In this document: one piece after another, positions 13,134 to 24,762 of the stretch
Layout: the number at the start of each line of letters is the position of its first letter
Numbering within the stretch: position 1 is the first letter of the stretch
Source: Lama guanicoe
Taxonomy: Eukaryota
Direction: 5' to 3'
DNA length: 64,000 bases
Assembly: GCA_013239625.1 (NCBI GenBank)
Contig: MU053994.1
Coordinates: 375,775 to 439,774, forward strand
Translations under genes and position numbers: made by a program
Notes under the pieces: model-generated
What the model saw: the letters and a program-made list of their open reading frames with translations, nothing else
What the model was told of the DNA's origin: nothing
The model's database searches: none

Positions 13134-16100
13134 TTAGATTCCACATATGAGCGATCTCATATGGTATTTTTCTTTCTCTTTCTGGCTTACTTCACTTAGA
13201 ATGACATTCTCTAGGAGCATCCATGTTGCTGCAAATGGCATTATGTTGTCGGTTTTTATGGCTGAGTAGTATTCCATTGTATAAATATACCACATCTTCT
13301 TTATCCAGTCACCTGTTGATGGACATTTAGGTGTTTCCATGTTTTGGCTATTGTAAATAGTGCTGCTATGAACATTGGGGTGCAGGTGTCATCCTGAAGT
13401 AGATTTCCTTCTGGGTACAAGCCCAGGAGTGGGATTCCTGGGTCATATGGTAAGTCTATTCCTAGTCTTTTGAGGAATCTCCACACTGTTTTCCATAGTG
13501 GCTGCACCAAACTGCATTCCCACCAGCAGTGTAGGAGGGTTCCCCTTTCTCCACAGCCTCTCCAGCATTTGTCATTTTTGGATTTTTGAATGACGGCCAT
13601 TCTGACTGGTGTGAGGTGATACCTCATTGTAGTTTTGATTTGCATTTCTCTGATAATTAGTGATATTGAACATTTTTTCATGTGCTTTTTGATCATTTGT
13701 ATGTCTTCCTTGGAGAATTGCTTGTTTAGGTCTTCTGCCCATTTTTGGATTGGGTTGTTTATTTTTTTCTTATTGAGTCGTATGAGCTGCTTATATATTT
13801 TGGAGATCAAGCCTTTGTCGGTTTCACTTGCAAAAATTTTCTCCCATTCCGTAGGTTTTCTTCTTGTTTTATTTCTGGTTTCCTTTGCTCTGCAGAAGCT
13901 TGTAAGTTTCATTAGGTCCCATTTGTTTATTCTTGCTTTTATTTCTTCTAGGAGAAAATTTTTGAAATGTATGTCAGATAATGTTTTGCCTATGTTTTCC
14001 TCTAGGAGGTTTATTGTATCTTGTCTTATGTTTAAGTCTTTAATCCATTTTGAGTTGATTTTTGTATATGGTGTAAGGGTGTGTTCTAGCTTCATTGTTT
14101 TACATGCTGCTGTCCAGTTTTCCCAACACCATTTGCTGAAGAGACTGTCTTTATTCCATTGTATATTCTTGCCTCCTTTGTCGAAGATGAGTTGACCAAA
14201 AGTTTGTGGGTTCATTTCTGGGCTCTCTATTCTGTTCCATTGGTCTATATGTCTGTTTTGGTACCAATACCATGCTGTCTTGATGACTGTAGCTCTATAG
14301 TATTGTCTGAAGTCTGGGAGAGTTATTCCTCCAGCCTCTTTCTTTCTCTTCAGTAATGCTTTAGCAATTCTAGGTCTTTGATGGTTCCATATAAATTTTA
14401 TTATGATTTGTTCTAGTTCTGTGAAATATGTCCTGGGTAATTGGATAGGGATTGCATTAAATCTGTAGATTGCCTTGGGCAGTGTGACCATTTTAACAAT
14501 ATTGATTCTTCCAATCCAAGAGCATGGAATATCTTTCCATTTTTTAAAGTCTTCTTTAATTTCCTTCATCAATGGTTTATAGTTTTCTGTGTATAATTCT
14601 TTCGCCTCCTTGGTTAGATTTATTCCCAGATATTTTATTACTTTGGGTGCTATTTTAAAGGGGATTGTTTCTTTACTTTCTTTTTCTGTTGATTTATCGT
14701 TAGTGTAAAGAAAGGCAACTGATTTTTGAACATTAATTTTGTAACCTGCTACCTTGCTGAATTCTTCGATCAGCTCTAGTAGCTTTTTTGTGGACCTTTT
14801 AGGGTTTTCTATATATAGTAACATGTCGTCAGCATATAATGACACTTTTACCTCTTCTTTTCCAATTTGGATCCCTTTTATTTCTTTCTCTTGCCTGATT
14901 GCTGTGGCTAGGACTTCCAGGACTATATTGAATAGGAGTGGTGATAGTGGGCATCCTTGTCTTGTCCCAGATTTTAGTGGGAAGCTTTTGAGTTTTTCAC
15001 CGTTGAGAACTATGCTGGCTATAGGTTTGTCATATATAGCTTTTATTATGTTGAGATATGTTCCCTCTATACCCACTTTGGCGAGAGTTTTTATCATAAA
15101 TGGGTGTTGAATTTTATCAAATGCTTTTTCTGCATCGATTGAGATGATCATGTGGTTTTTGTCCTTTCTCTTGTTGATGTGATGTATTACATTGATTGAT
15201 TTGCGTATGTTGAACCAGCCTTGTGTCCCTGGGATGAACCCCACTTGGTCATGATGTATAATCTTTTTTATGTGTTGTTGGATTCTATTTGCTAAAATTT
15301 TGGTGAGGATTTTGGCGTCTATGTTCATCAGTGATATTGGCCTATAATTCTCTTTTTTTGTAGTGTCTTTGCCTGGTTTTGGTATCAGGGTGATGGTGGC
15401 TTCATAGAATGAGTTTGGGAGTATTCCCTCCTTTTCAATCGTCTGGAAGAGTTTGAGAAGGACTGGTATGAGTTCTTCTTTGTATGTTTGGTAGAATTCC
15501 CCGGTGAAGCCATCCGGTCCTGGACTTTTATTTGTAGGGAGGTTTTTAATTGCTATTTCTATTTCCTTTCTAGTGATCGGATTGTTCAAGTGTTCAGTTT
15601 CTTCTTGATTCAGTTTTGGTGGACAGTATGTTTCCAGAAACTTGTCCATCTCCTCTAGGTTATCCAGTTTGGTTCCATATAGTTTTTCATAATATTCTCG
15701 TATGATATTCTGTATTTCTATTTTGTTTGTTGTAATTTCTCCATTTTCCTTTCTTATTTTGCTAATTTGTGCTCTCTCTTTTTTCTTCTTTGTGAGTTTG
15801 GCCAGAGGTTTGTCGATTTTATTTACTTTTTCAAAAAACCAGCTTTTGGTTTGGTTGATTTTTTCTATGGTCTTGTTAATCTCTATTGTATTTAATTCCT
15901 CTCTGATCTTTATTATTTCCTTCCTTCTGCTGCTTTTTGGGGCTTTTTGTTCTTCTTTTTCTAATTGATTCAGGTGGTGGGTTAACTTGTTTATTTGAGA
16001 TTGTTCTTCTTTTTTGAGGAAGGCCTGTATCGCTATAAACTTCCCTCTTAGCACTGCCTTTGCTGTGTCCCATAGGTTTTGAGTGGTTGTGCTTTCATTA

Positions 16101-16930
16101 TCATTTGTCTCAAGGTATTTTTTAATTTCAGCTTTGATTTCCTCATTGATCCATTGTTTTTTCAATAACATATTGTTTAATCTCCATGCTTTTCTTTTTT
16201 TCTCCTTTGTTTCTCTGTTGTTGATTTCCAGTTTCATGGCATTGTGGTCAGTAAAGATGCTTGAGATAATTTCTATCTTCTTAAATTTGTTGAGGTTTCT
16301 TTTGTGTCCAAGTACATGATCGATCCTGGAAAATGTTCCATGTGCACTTGAAAAGAATGTATATTCTATTTTTTGGGGGTGTAATGCTCTGAAAATATCC
16401 ACCAAATCTAGTTTTTCTATTGTAGTATTTAATTTCTCTGTTGCCTTGTTTATTTTCTGTCTGGAAGATCTGTCTAGTGATGTTAATGCAGTGTTAAAAT
16501 CTCCAACTATGATTGTATTCCCATCAATATCCCCCTTTATCTCTGTTAGTAATTCTTGTATGTACTTAGGTGCTCCTATATTGGGTGCATATATATTAAC
16601 GAGTGTAATATCTTCATCTTGTATCACTCCTTTAATCATTATAAAATGTCCTTCTTTATCTTTCTTTATGGCCTTTGTTTTAAAGTCTATTTTGTCTGAA
16701 ATCAGTACTGCAACACCTGCTTTTTTGGCTTTTCCATTTGCATGGAATATCCTTTTCCATCCTTTCACTCTCAATCTATATGTGTCCTTCTCCCTAAAGT
16801 GGGTCTCTTGTATGCAGCATATTGAAGGTTCTTGCTTTATTATCCAGTCTGCCACTCTATGTCTTTTGACTGGAGCATTTAGTCCATTAACATTTACAGT
16901 AATTAATGATAGATGTGTGTTTATTGCCAT
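13134..16930 (-). pseudogene. L1 ORF2 (APE endonuclease, reverse transcriptase, CCHC) with a 1-bp frameshift near the C-terminus
   Basis: NVNGLN, GDFN, FTDHN, QGCPLSP, YADD and [18 protein letters not shown] are in the 1209-aa ORF 13301-16930. The normal C-terminus ([12 protein letters not shown]...LICGI) is in another frame, 13134-13340. Lesion: aggtgttt at ~13331 versus aggttgttt in copies near 5595 and 36331. Confidence 0.95.
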
Positions 16931-17327
16931 TTTGAACTTATCTTTGCAGTTGAATTGGTATATCCTCTTTGTTCCTTTCTTCTTCCTTTTGTGGTTTGGT
17001 AATTTTCCTTTGTATTATCATGGATTTTATTTAATTTTTGTGACTCCCTTGTAAATTTTTGACTTGTGGTTACCCTTTTTTGTAAATCTATTAACCTATA
17101 CCCGTTTTTAATAAACTGATAATAACATGATCTCAAACCCATCCTACTGTTAAAAAAATTTAAAAAAGAAAGAAAAAAAATTCTATATTTCCCTGCCTCC
17201 CTCTCCCACTCTCAGTGATTTGTATGTCTTCTTTTATAATTTCGTGTTTTCTTTATTTGTAATTCATGAGTTATCACCTTTCCAGTTGTGAGTTTCTCAT
17301 TTCTGTAGCATCCTGCTGCTTTTCTAT

Positions 17328-18228
17328 TTAGAATAGCCCTTTCAATATTTCTTTTAGCATGGGTTTAGTGTTGCTAAACTCCTGCAGCTTTTTTTTGTCT
17401 GTGAAACTCTTTATTTCTCCTTCTATCCTAAAGGATAGCCTTGCTGGATAAAGTATCCTAGGCTGCATCTTTTTTTCATTCAGGGCTTTGAATATATCTT
17501 GCCACTCCCTTCTGGCCTGTAGTGTTTGTGTAGAGAAATCAGCTGAGAGCCTTATGGGGGTTCCCTTGTAGTTCACTCTTTGCTTTTCTCTTGCTGCCTT
17601 TAGAATCATTTCTTTATCCTTGACTCTGGCCATCTTGATTATGATATGTCTTGGTGTGGGTCTATTTGGGTTCTTCCTGTTTGGGACCCTCTGAGCTTCC
17701 TGTACTTGGATATCTGATTCCTTCTTTAAGTTTGGGAAGTTTTCAGTCATGATTTCTTCAAAAACCTTTTCAATCCCCTTTGATCCTTCTTCCCCTTCTG
17801 GGGCCCCTATTATGCGAAGATTGGGATGCTTTATATTATCCCATAGGTCCCTTATGCTATTTTCATTTTTTTTATTTGTTATCTTGTAGTTCTTCTGAAT
17901 GGGTGCTTTCTATTGCCCTGTCTTCTAGATCACTAATTCGTTCCTCTGCATTATGTAGTCGGCTTTGCACAGCTATTAGATCATTCCTCATCTCTGTCCA
18001 TGAGTTTACCCATTCCACTTGCCTCTTCTTTATAGCTTCAATTTCATTTTTGACATATTTTATATCTCTAAGCACTATCTCTTTTAATTCCTTCAGCAAT
18101 TTGATCACTCCTTTTTTGAAATCTTGATCTAGTAGGCTATCGATGTCTATTTCATTGATCTTTCTTTCAGGGGTTTACTCTTGTTCTTTTAATTGGGAAA
18201 GGTTTCTCTGCTTCTTCATCTTGCTCAT
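17328..18228 (-). pseudogene. L1 ORF1 (about 300 aa if repaired), disrupted
   Basis: Starts MSKMKKQRNLSQLKEQE at 18228; premature TAA at 18175-18177; coiled-coil part 17872-18108; frameshift in A-runs at ~17866-17881; C-terminal part MTENFPNL...PTPRHIIIK...ILYPARLSF at 17328-17750. Confidence 0.92.
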
Positions 18229-18739
18229 ACCTGTCTGGCACTGTGGTTTATGAAGTATCAGTTGTCTATTTTGGATCTTAAGGATTTTATCTATCTAATG
18301 CCTATTTAGGAATAGAACTTAGGAAAAAAAAAGAAAAAAGAAAAAAAAGAAATAAGAGAGAGAGAGAAGGATTTTTAAAAGAAGGGAGAAAGAGGGTTTG
18401 AAAACAGTGTATAATGAATAATAGAAGAGCGGGTTGAAGCAGAGTATTAATCGGGTGGAGACGTCCTTTTAAAACCTTTAAAAAAAAAAAGGGGGGGGTG
18501 GGGAGATGAATATATGTGTTTGAAGCCTGTGTCTAATCAATAACAGGACATCAAAACCCAAGAGAAATAGAAATGAATTAAGAAGTAAAAATTAAGAGAG
18601 TAATAGAAAATAGAACAGGTAGAAACAGATTTAAAAAAAAAAAAAAGGGATTGTCAGTGTTCTCCTGGAGTCTGTGTGCTTTTAATGTGAAGTCTTTCTC
18701 TCTTCGTCCTGTTTTGGAAGCTCAGCTTGTTTTCAGAGG

Positions 18740-19060
18740 CCCTCCGTTGGCGCCCTCTTCTGTGCTGCTCCCAGCACCTGCCGGCAAGCGGATCGCGCCT
18801 CCTCCTAACACCGGGTCAGGTGCAGCTCTCCTCTGCTGCGGGCGGGCGGGTCACTGCCCCTCCGGATGCCGCAGTCAGATGTTGCAGACTGGCCAGGCAG
18901 GAGGGCGGGTCGTGCCTCCTCCCAGCACCTCGGTCAGGGTTTGTGTTCCTGCCCGACAGGCGGGGGGGCCGCTCTCCCCCTGCCTGCGCCGCCGGTAGCT
19001 CCGCCGCTCTGTGCGGCTGCGCGCTCTGCGCCGGCGCTCCGCCCTGGCCGGCGCTCCGCC
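18740..19060 (-). promoter_or_regulatory. L1 5' UTR CpG-rich internal promoter region
   Basis: The only densely CpG-rich stretch in the window; lies at the 5' end of the L1. Confidence 0.75.
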
Positions 19061-20789
19061 CTCAGGGCCTAATTTTGAGGTAACTCAAAGTAATGCTTTA
19101 AGTGCTGTTATAATTGCATATGAACTATGAAATGCATAGTGCCTTGTCTATTTTGAATTCTGTGACCACTGCTACTTCTATATATGTGCCCTGGTTTCAG
19201 CAAATCATATTGTATGCTTGATGGCACAATCTCAAGAGAAGCTGAATGTGGGGAATTTTATTTTTAGAAGAATTGTGAATTGATGTGGCTGGAATTCTGT
19301 GATTTAAAATTTTACCGTTTTAGGTCCTAGAGCCAGTTTGTTGATTTTTAATTCAGTGGGAATAAAAATGTGGTACAGCTTTATTTTTCACCAGTTAACT
19401 GTCCCCCAACTGTGTCAACATTCCTTTCCCATAGATCAGATACTACCTTTCTAATATCTCAGCCAGATTCCATAACTCTCCTCTTACTGTGCCTTCCTGG
19501 AAAGAATCATTCATTTTGGAGGATTATTTCTTTCCTATCGGGAGGAAGGGGAGGAATTAGTCTGTCTTCATGACCACCTCCTAAAAGACTGGCAACCATT
19601 CTCCCTTCTGCATATATTCTCCTAAAATTAACTGGCAGAGCAGGGAGGTGTTGGGTGATGGGCAGGGTGGTACTGTCCTGGTGCCCTGCAGGAGGCCTGA
19701 AGGGAAGAGACTGGCCTCCACTGATGAAAGCTCCCTTGTGGATCACTGAACTTGGAGTGTGTCATTAACCTTGGGCCTTAAAATCTCATCGACCTCCTGT
19801 TGGGGCATGTTTACTTAGTCTAACAGTAAATTAATGTGGACCTCCTGAGTTCACATCAACAAGCTTCTTAATAGGATATGTCAATTTGAGTTTTAGAGAT
19901 TGATTAGGTATGATTTACTCATGAGTCAGAGTAAGCCGAAAATAAGGACAAAATCAGAAGCATCAAAAATCATGGCTAGAATAAGACTGCTGTTGGAATT
20001 AATGCTGAGAACTACAGACAGGAAACAATTAAATTCGGGGATGTTAGGGATTTAAAAATTAAATGGTAAAATGCTTGGACCATGGATTTACTTCAGGGAT
20101 AATGGGCAGAGGTGAAGGAATTATGCCCAGAAACGTTATGTTACGTAGCAGCAGTACCTAGTAACTGGGTGTAAGGAATAAAACAGATTCAACCGGAGAG
20201 TCCTTAGAGCTGTGGGTCCTCTGGGATATTTTGGCCATTAGGATTTGTCTCAAGACATATAAGAGGGAAAAATCACTTTTGTTCATAGGAAATTCTCTTA
20301 CTTCGAATGATTCCATCTCAATCATTGTGACACAAGCTATTCTGCCAAGAGTTTTTTTGGTGTGATAGAATTTTCTAGATGATGGCTACTTTCCTGCGCA
20401 ACCAGGCCCTTCTTCATCATACCATTGCTCTAGTCCCTCTTCTCTCCTATTTCTCTCTCTCCCGCCTCTCTTTCACTCCCCTCTTTACTTTCCTATCCCT
20501 TCCTCCTCCCTCACTCCTTGGTGCTAATTTGGCTGTCTTCCTGTTACAGGGTTGACCCTTCACTTGGTACTCTCTAGTCAGTGAGCTTCACTCACGATTG
20601 CTTTGTGAACTTTGTTTTGTGATTGCTCTTTGCATCAAAGGACACTTTTTATTTCCTTCAGAGAATTGATACCATTTTAACTGGGCTTTGCATCTCTTTC
20701 ATTTAATAGAACACTTCTTAAGAATACACCTGTTTTGGGCATGTGTGATGGTTACGCTTTCCCTGTTTGGTGGAAGAAATAGAAAGTTC

Positions 20790-20970
20790 ATAGATTTCGC
20801 AGAAAGACTTTGTTGTAGATTCTGATCTTCCCACTTTGTAACCTTAGGCAAGTTACTTATTTGTTCTTCATTCAGTTTTTTTTTTTTACTGTAAGTGAGG
20901 AAAATAAAAGCCACCTCCAAAGATTGTTGTGAGATAAAATGAGCTCTGTAATTCATAACTGTAACTGTTA
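20790..20970. mobile_element. MIR SINE
   Basis: gtaaccttaggcaagttactta...cagtttt...ctgtaagtgagg...gattgttgtgagataaaatgag. Confidence 0.7.
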
Positions 20971-21799
20971 ACACTGTAATTTGAAAACTTTAATTTTCTT
21001 CCTTTTTCCCCCACTTCATTTCTCATGTCTGTTCCTGATGTTCTTTACAGATTTTCAAACTAGGTCAAGATACCAAATGATCCAGTCCATTCAAGTCCAA
21101 ATGTGCAAAGTTTGAAATTTCCTTCTCTACTGTTTGATTCCTTTTCATCTGAGGGAACATTTCTTAAGTGGGTGAGTCCTACTCTGGAAGTTTCAGAATT
21201 GTAGAGATTTTTCCCCCCTATTTTCTCACATTTATTTAATTTAAATCCTGAATAATTTCTCCCCACTTAATTCTGTTATCAAGTAGTGTAAGGGACAATA
21301 ATGACAGGGAAGCTCATAACAGGATAGTAAAGGTTAACAACAAAATGAGATATAACATGAGCTGCTTTTGTTTAGTGGAAATATGAGTTATTCTTCTGGA
21401 ATTTTTGAGTCCGAAAGCATCCCTGGAATTAATTTACTACATGAGTTTAATGTATCATTTTGACTAAATGCTGAACCCCCAGGGTTATTGCTTCTCACCT
21501 TGGCAATCCTTTATAAAAATTCTGTCCACTTCTCCAGGTCACACAGGAATCTTGATACTTTTCTTTTCAATCTAAAAATACCCTGTGAGGGCTAGGCAGG
21601 TTAGAGTTGTGGAATTCATTCAAAGAGAGTCTCATGTTCTGCCTTCATTTGTTCCATGAACATTTATTAAATTTCTGAAGTGGAAATAAAAATAGGATCA
21701 GGGCAGCCTCTATTCACCCACAATTCACAGTTGGATAGGAAAGGGAGATTTACAAACAGCCAGAGCTCAATTTATTTGTTGCTGTTCTTTTTAAACACG

Positions 21800-22350
21800 T
21801 AAACCCTAAAGGTCTCTGTTCAACCTCAAGCATGTTGTCTGCTATGGCAGGCACATTTCATTTGTTCCTCGATAGCTGTTTTCAATCTTTTTCCTCACTG
21901 GCCTGCCAGGCCTCCACTGTGGAGGCTGAAAAAACCTGAGACTCGCTTCACTATTCTTCCTTGTGAATGAGATATGGGATAGAAGGGAAATTCATCTGGA
22001 GCTTCATGGAAAGTTTGTACCTTCTGAGAAAAGGAACAAAGTACATGAGGAGAAAGACCGATTTGGGTTTGATTTCTATCACATGCTGCCTTTGAATGCT
22101 TTCTTATTATTGTGATGCTTGGAGCTGGGAAAGTCTTCTTGCAATCATGAACAGTCAATGGACCAAATCCCGTATGCTAAGTATGGTAGAACTTCACAAT
22201 AGAGCCTAGATCTTTGGTCACATGGGTGAGCCACCAAACCAACTTGCCATTGCTCTGCCTCCAGTAGTTTATGTCACTGTAGTTTGTTAATTATTGTTGT
22301 TCCTGGTGTCACTGTTCCTTGCTGCCCAAAGCACTTCTTATTAATAGATC
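21800..22350. mobile_element. Old MaLR LTR (MLT1J/K-like)
   Basis: tgtgatgcttggagctggg...cttgcaatcatga...atgctaagtatggtaga...cttgctgcccaaagcacttcttattaata. Confidence 0.55.
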
Positions 22351-22925
22351 TGGAAAGAGTAATGTATCATGTCATTAGCATTTCAGCCTTAGTCAGCTTA
22401 ATTTTTCAGACCGTGTAAGGCCTGAGCAGAACAGGTACATTTTGAACATAGTTATGGGGTGGAACATGAAAGAGACAAAATAAAAAGTGGGCCCACATGA
22501 GTGAAGGTTGTTGGGCAACAAGGAGGAAATAATACCTTAACAACAAAGAGAAGAAAAATAAAAGGGAATGCAGAGTATAAACTTTGACTCTATAGTTGCA
22601 CCTGGGGTGATCCTCGGTACAGCATTTAAAAAGAAGTAGTGTGTTTGTAATTTATTCTGTGCTGTTTAACATAATTATATGTGAACTATAACTGATTTTT
22701 AATTCCACCCTGGATCCATCCTGATGTACAGATGGTTGTTTGAATGTTCAGAGCATGGAAATCAGTTTCATGACTGGTCTAAAGTACACATCATTAAAAA
22801 AGATTATCTATTATAAAAATAAATAGTTTAATATGAGTGATGGTTTGTATCCCTTGCTGTTTTGGGCTATTGATTATTCATAATCCCAATGTTTTTGAGT
22901 TTTTAAGATGCCTTCACTCAGTGCT

Positions 22926-23890
22926 TTTTTTTAATGGAAGTATAGTCAGTTTACAATGTTGTGTCAATTTCTGGTGTACAGCATCATGTTTCAGTCATAC
23001 ATATACATACATATATTCCTTTCCATATTCTTTTTCATTATAGGTTACAAGAAGATATTGAATATAGTTTCCGGTGCTGTACAGTAGAGACTTGTTTATT
23101 TGTTTTATATATACTAGTTAGTATCTGCAAATCTCGAATTCCCAATTTATCCCTTCCCACCCTCTTACCCACAGTAACCATAAGTTTGTTTTCTATGTCT
23201 GTGATTCTGTTTCTGTTTTGTAAATAAGTTCATTTGTATCATTTTTTAGATTCCATGTATAAGTGATAACATGTGATATTTGTCTTTCCTCTGTCTGACT
23301 TACTTCATTTAGTATAATAATCTCTAGGTTGCATAGGATAATCTCCATGTTGCATTTCTCTGGTTTGATTTGCATTTCTCTGATAAGTAGTGATATTGAG
23401 CATTTTTTCGTTTGCCTATTGGCCATTTGTATGTCTTCATTGGAGAATTGCTTGTTTAGGTCTTCTGCCCATTTTTGGATTGAGTTGTTTGATTTTTTTT
23501 TTTGTTATTAAGTTGTATGAGCTGTTTGTATATTCTGAAAATTAAGCCCTTGTCAGTCTCAAAACTTGCAAATATTTTCTCACATTCCCTAGGTTGTCAT
23601 TTCGTTTTGCTTATGGTTTCCTTCACTGTGCAAAAGCTTATAAGTTTAATTAGGACCCATTTGTTTATTTTTGCTTCTATTTATATTGCCTGGGCAGGCT
23701 GCCCTGGAAGAATATTGCTAAGATTTAGGTCAGAAAATGTTTTGCCTATGTATTCTTCTAGGAGGTTTATAGTGTCTTGTCATATGTTTAAGTCTTTAAT
23801 CCATTTTGAATTTATTTTTGTGTATGGTGTGAGGGATTGTCCTAACTTCATTGATTTACATGTGGCTGTCCAGTTTCCCCAACATCATTT
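22926..23890 (-). mobile_element. 5'-truncated L1 with internal deletion at ~23335-23362
   Basis: 3' UTR plus ORF2 C-terminal sequence ([15 protein letters not shown] joined to IILNEVSQ). Confidence 0.88.
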
Positions 23891-24275
23891 ACTCAATACT
23901 TGTTTTAAATCTTCAAGAAATGCCATTATGATCAGTTTGGAACTTAAAAAATTTGAAGCGTTTCTCTCAATAAATTGACTTATATGTATCTTTCCTTTGC
24001 TTTTCATCCTTCTCTCTACGTAAAGAAATGACAGTTGTGCCTTTGAACATCCTCTTGCTCTTAGATAAGTGATATGCTGGTGTGACCCTTTCTCTTAGCA
24101 CTTGTTCTACTCCGTTTATCACTTAGAGCAAATATAACAAATGTAAATTTAAAAGATATCACTGTACTATGCATGCATATTATTAAGGAATACTTACTTG
24201 CTTTAAGTATTTTCAGAAGAGCTGGTTTAGGTGGGAAAACTTTTGAATATCATTTGATAATATATATTTGAATTA

Positions 24276-24450
24276 CACTTGACCCTTGAACAACATGAGT
24301 TCCAAGAGCCCAGCTCCCCACAATATGCAGCATTTTTTAATAGTAAATCCTACAGTATGGTGTAGTCCGTGGTTGGTTGAATCCGTGGATGTGGAGAGCC
24401 AACTATAAATTAAACTTGCATTAACCATCACATTGTTTAAGGGTCAACTG
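24276..24450. mobile_element. Tigger2-derived MITE (MER8-like)
   Basis: TIRs cacttgacccttgaacaa / ttgtttaagggtcaactg, preceded by TA. Confidence 0.75.
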
Positions 24451-24762
24451 TGCTACATTGCAGGAACACTTACCATGTAAAGCAGAGTAGATCTTCATTT
24501 AGTTTTGCCTTTCTGAAGCTTTGGTATATGCTTTCAGTCATCAGAAGCTATACTTGGAATTCTGTTTATAGTCAGGAGGTATGTAATGCTTTCCTATTTA
24601 AGAAATTAAGATCAGCGTGTTGCTCTTTTGGTAGCTCTAATGATGATTGAAATTACCTTTAATGTGTGATGTGTATTCAGTTGGTTGTCATATAGAATAG
24701 CTTACTCAATAATAGTCTTATTACAAAGGTTAGTAACTTAAATGTACTAAATATTGACCTTT

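Larger units (their letters stand above)
12812..19060 (-). mobile_element. Young near-full-length LINE-1, about 6.25 kb
   Basis: CpG-rich 5' UTR, ORF1, inter-ORF region, ORF2, 3' UTR and A tail. 16-bp TSD CTCAGGGCCTA(C/A)TTTT at 12796-12811 and 19061-19076. Target TTTT/GA fits the L1 endonuclease consensus. Confidence 0.97.

Noticed and set aside
13635..18127. Plus-strand hydrophobic ORFs (186, 118, 202, 115 aa and others)
   Set aside because: Typical antisense shadows of A-rich L1 coding sequence
18651..19083. Antisense ORFs in the L1 5' UTR as an ORF0 equivalent
   Set aside because: GC-rich, stop-poor sequence is open in all three frames, mostly with non-ATG starts; no supporting evidence
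19350..19400. Imperfect hairpin as a possible miRNA
   Set aside because: Short AU/GU-rich stem expected by chance; not recognised
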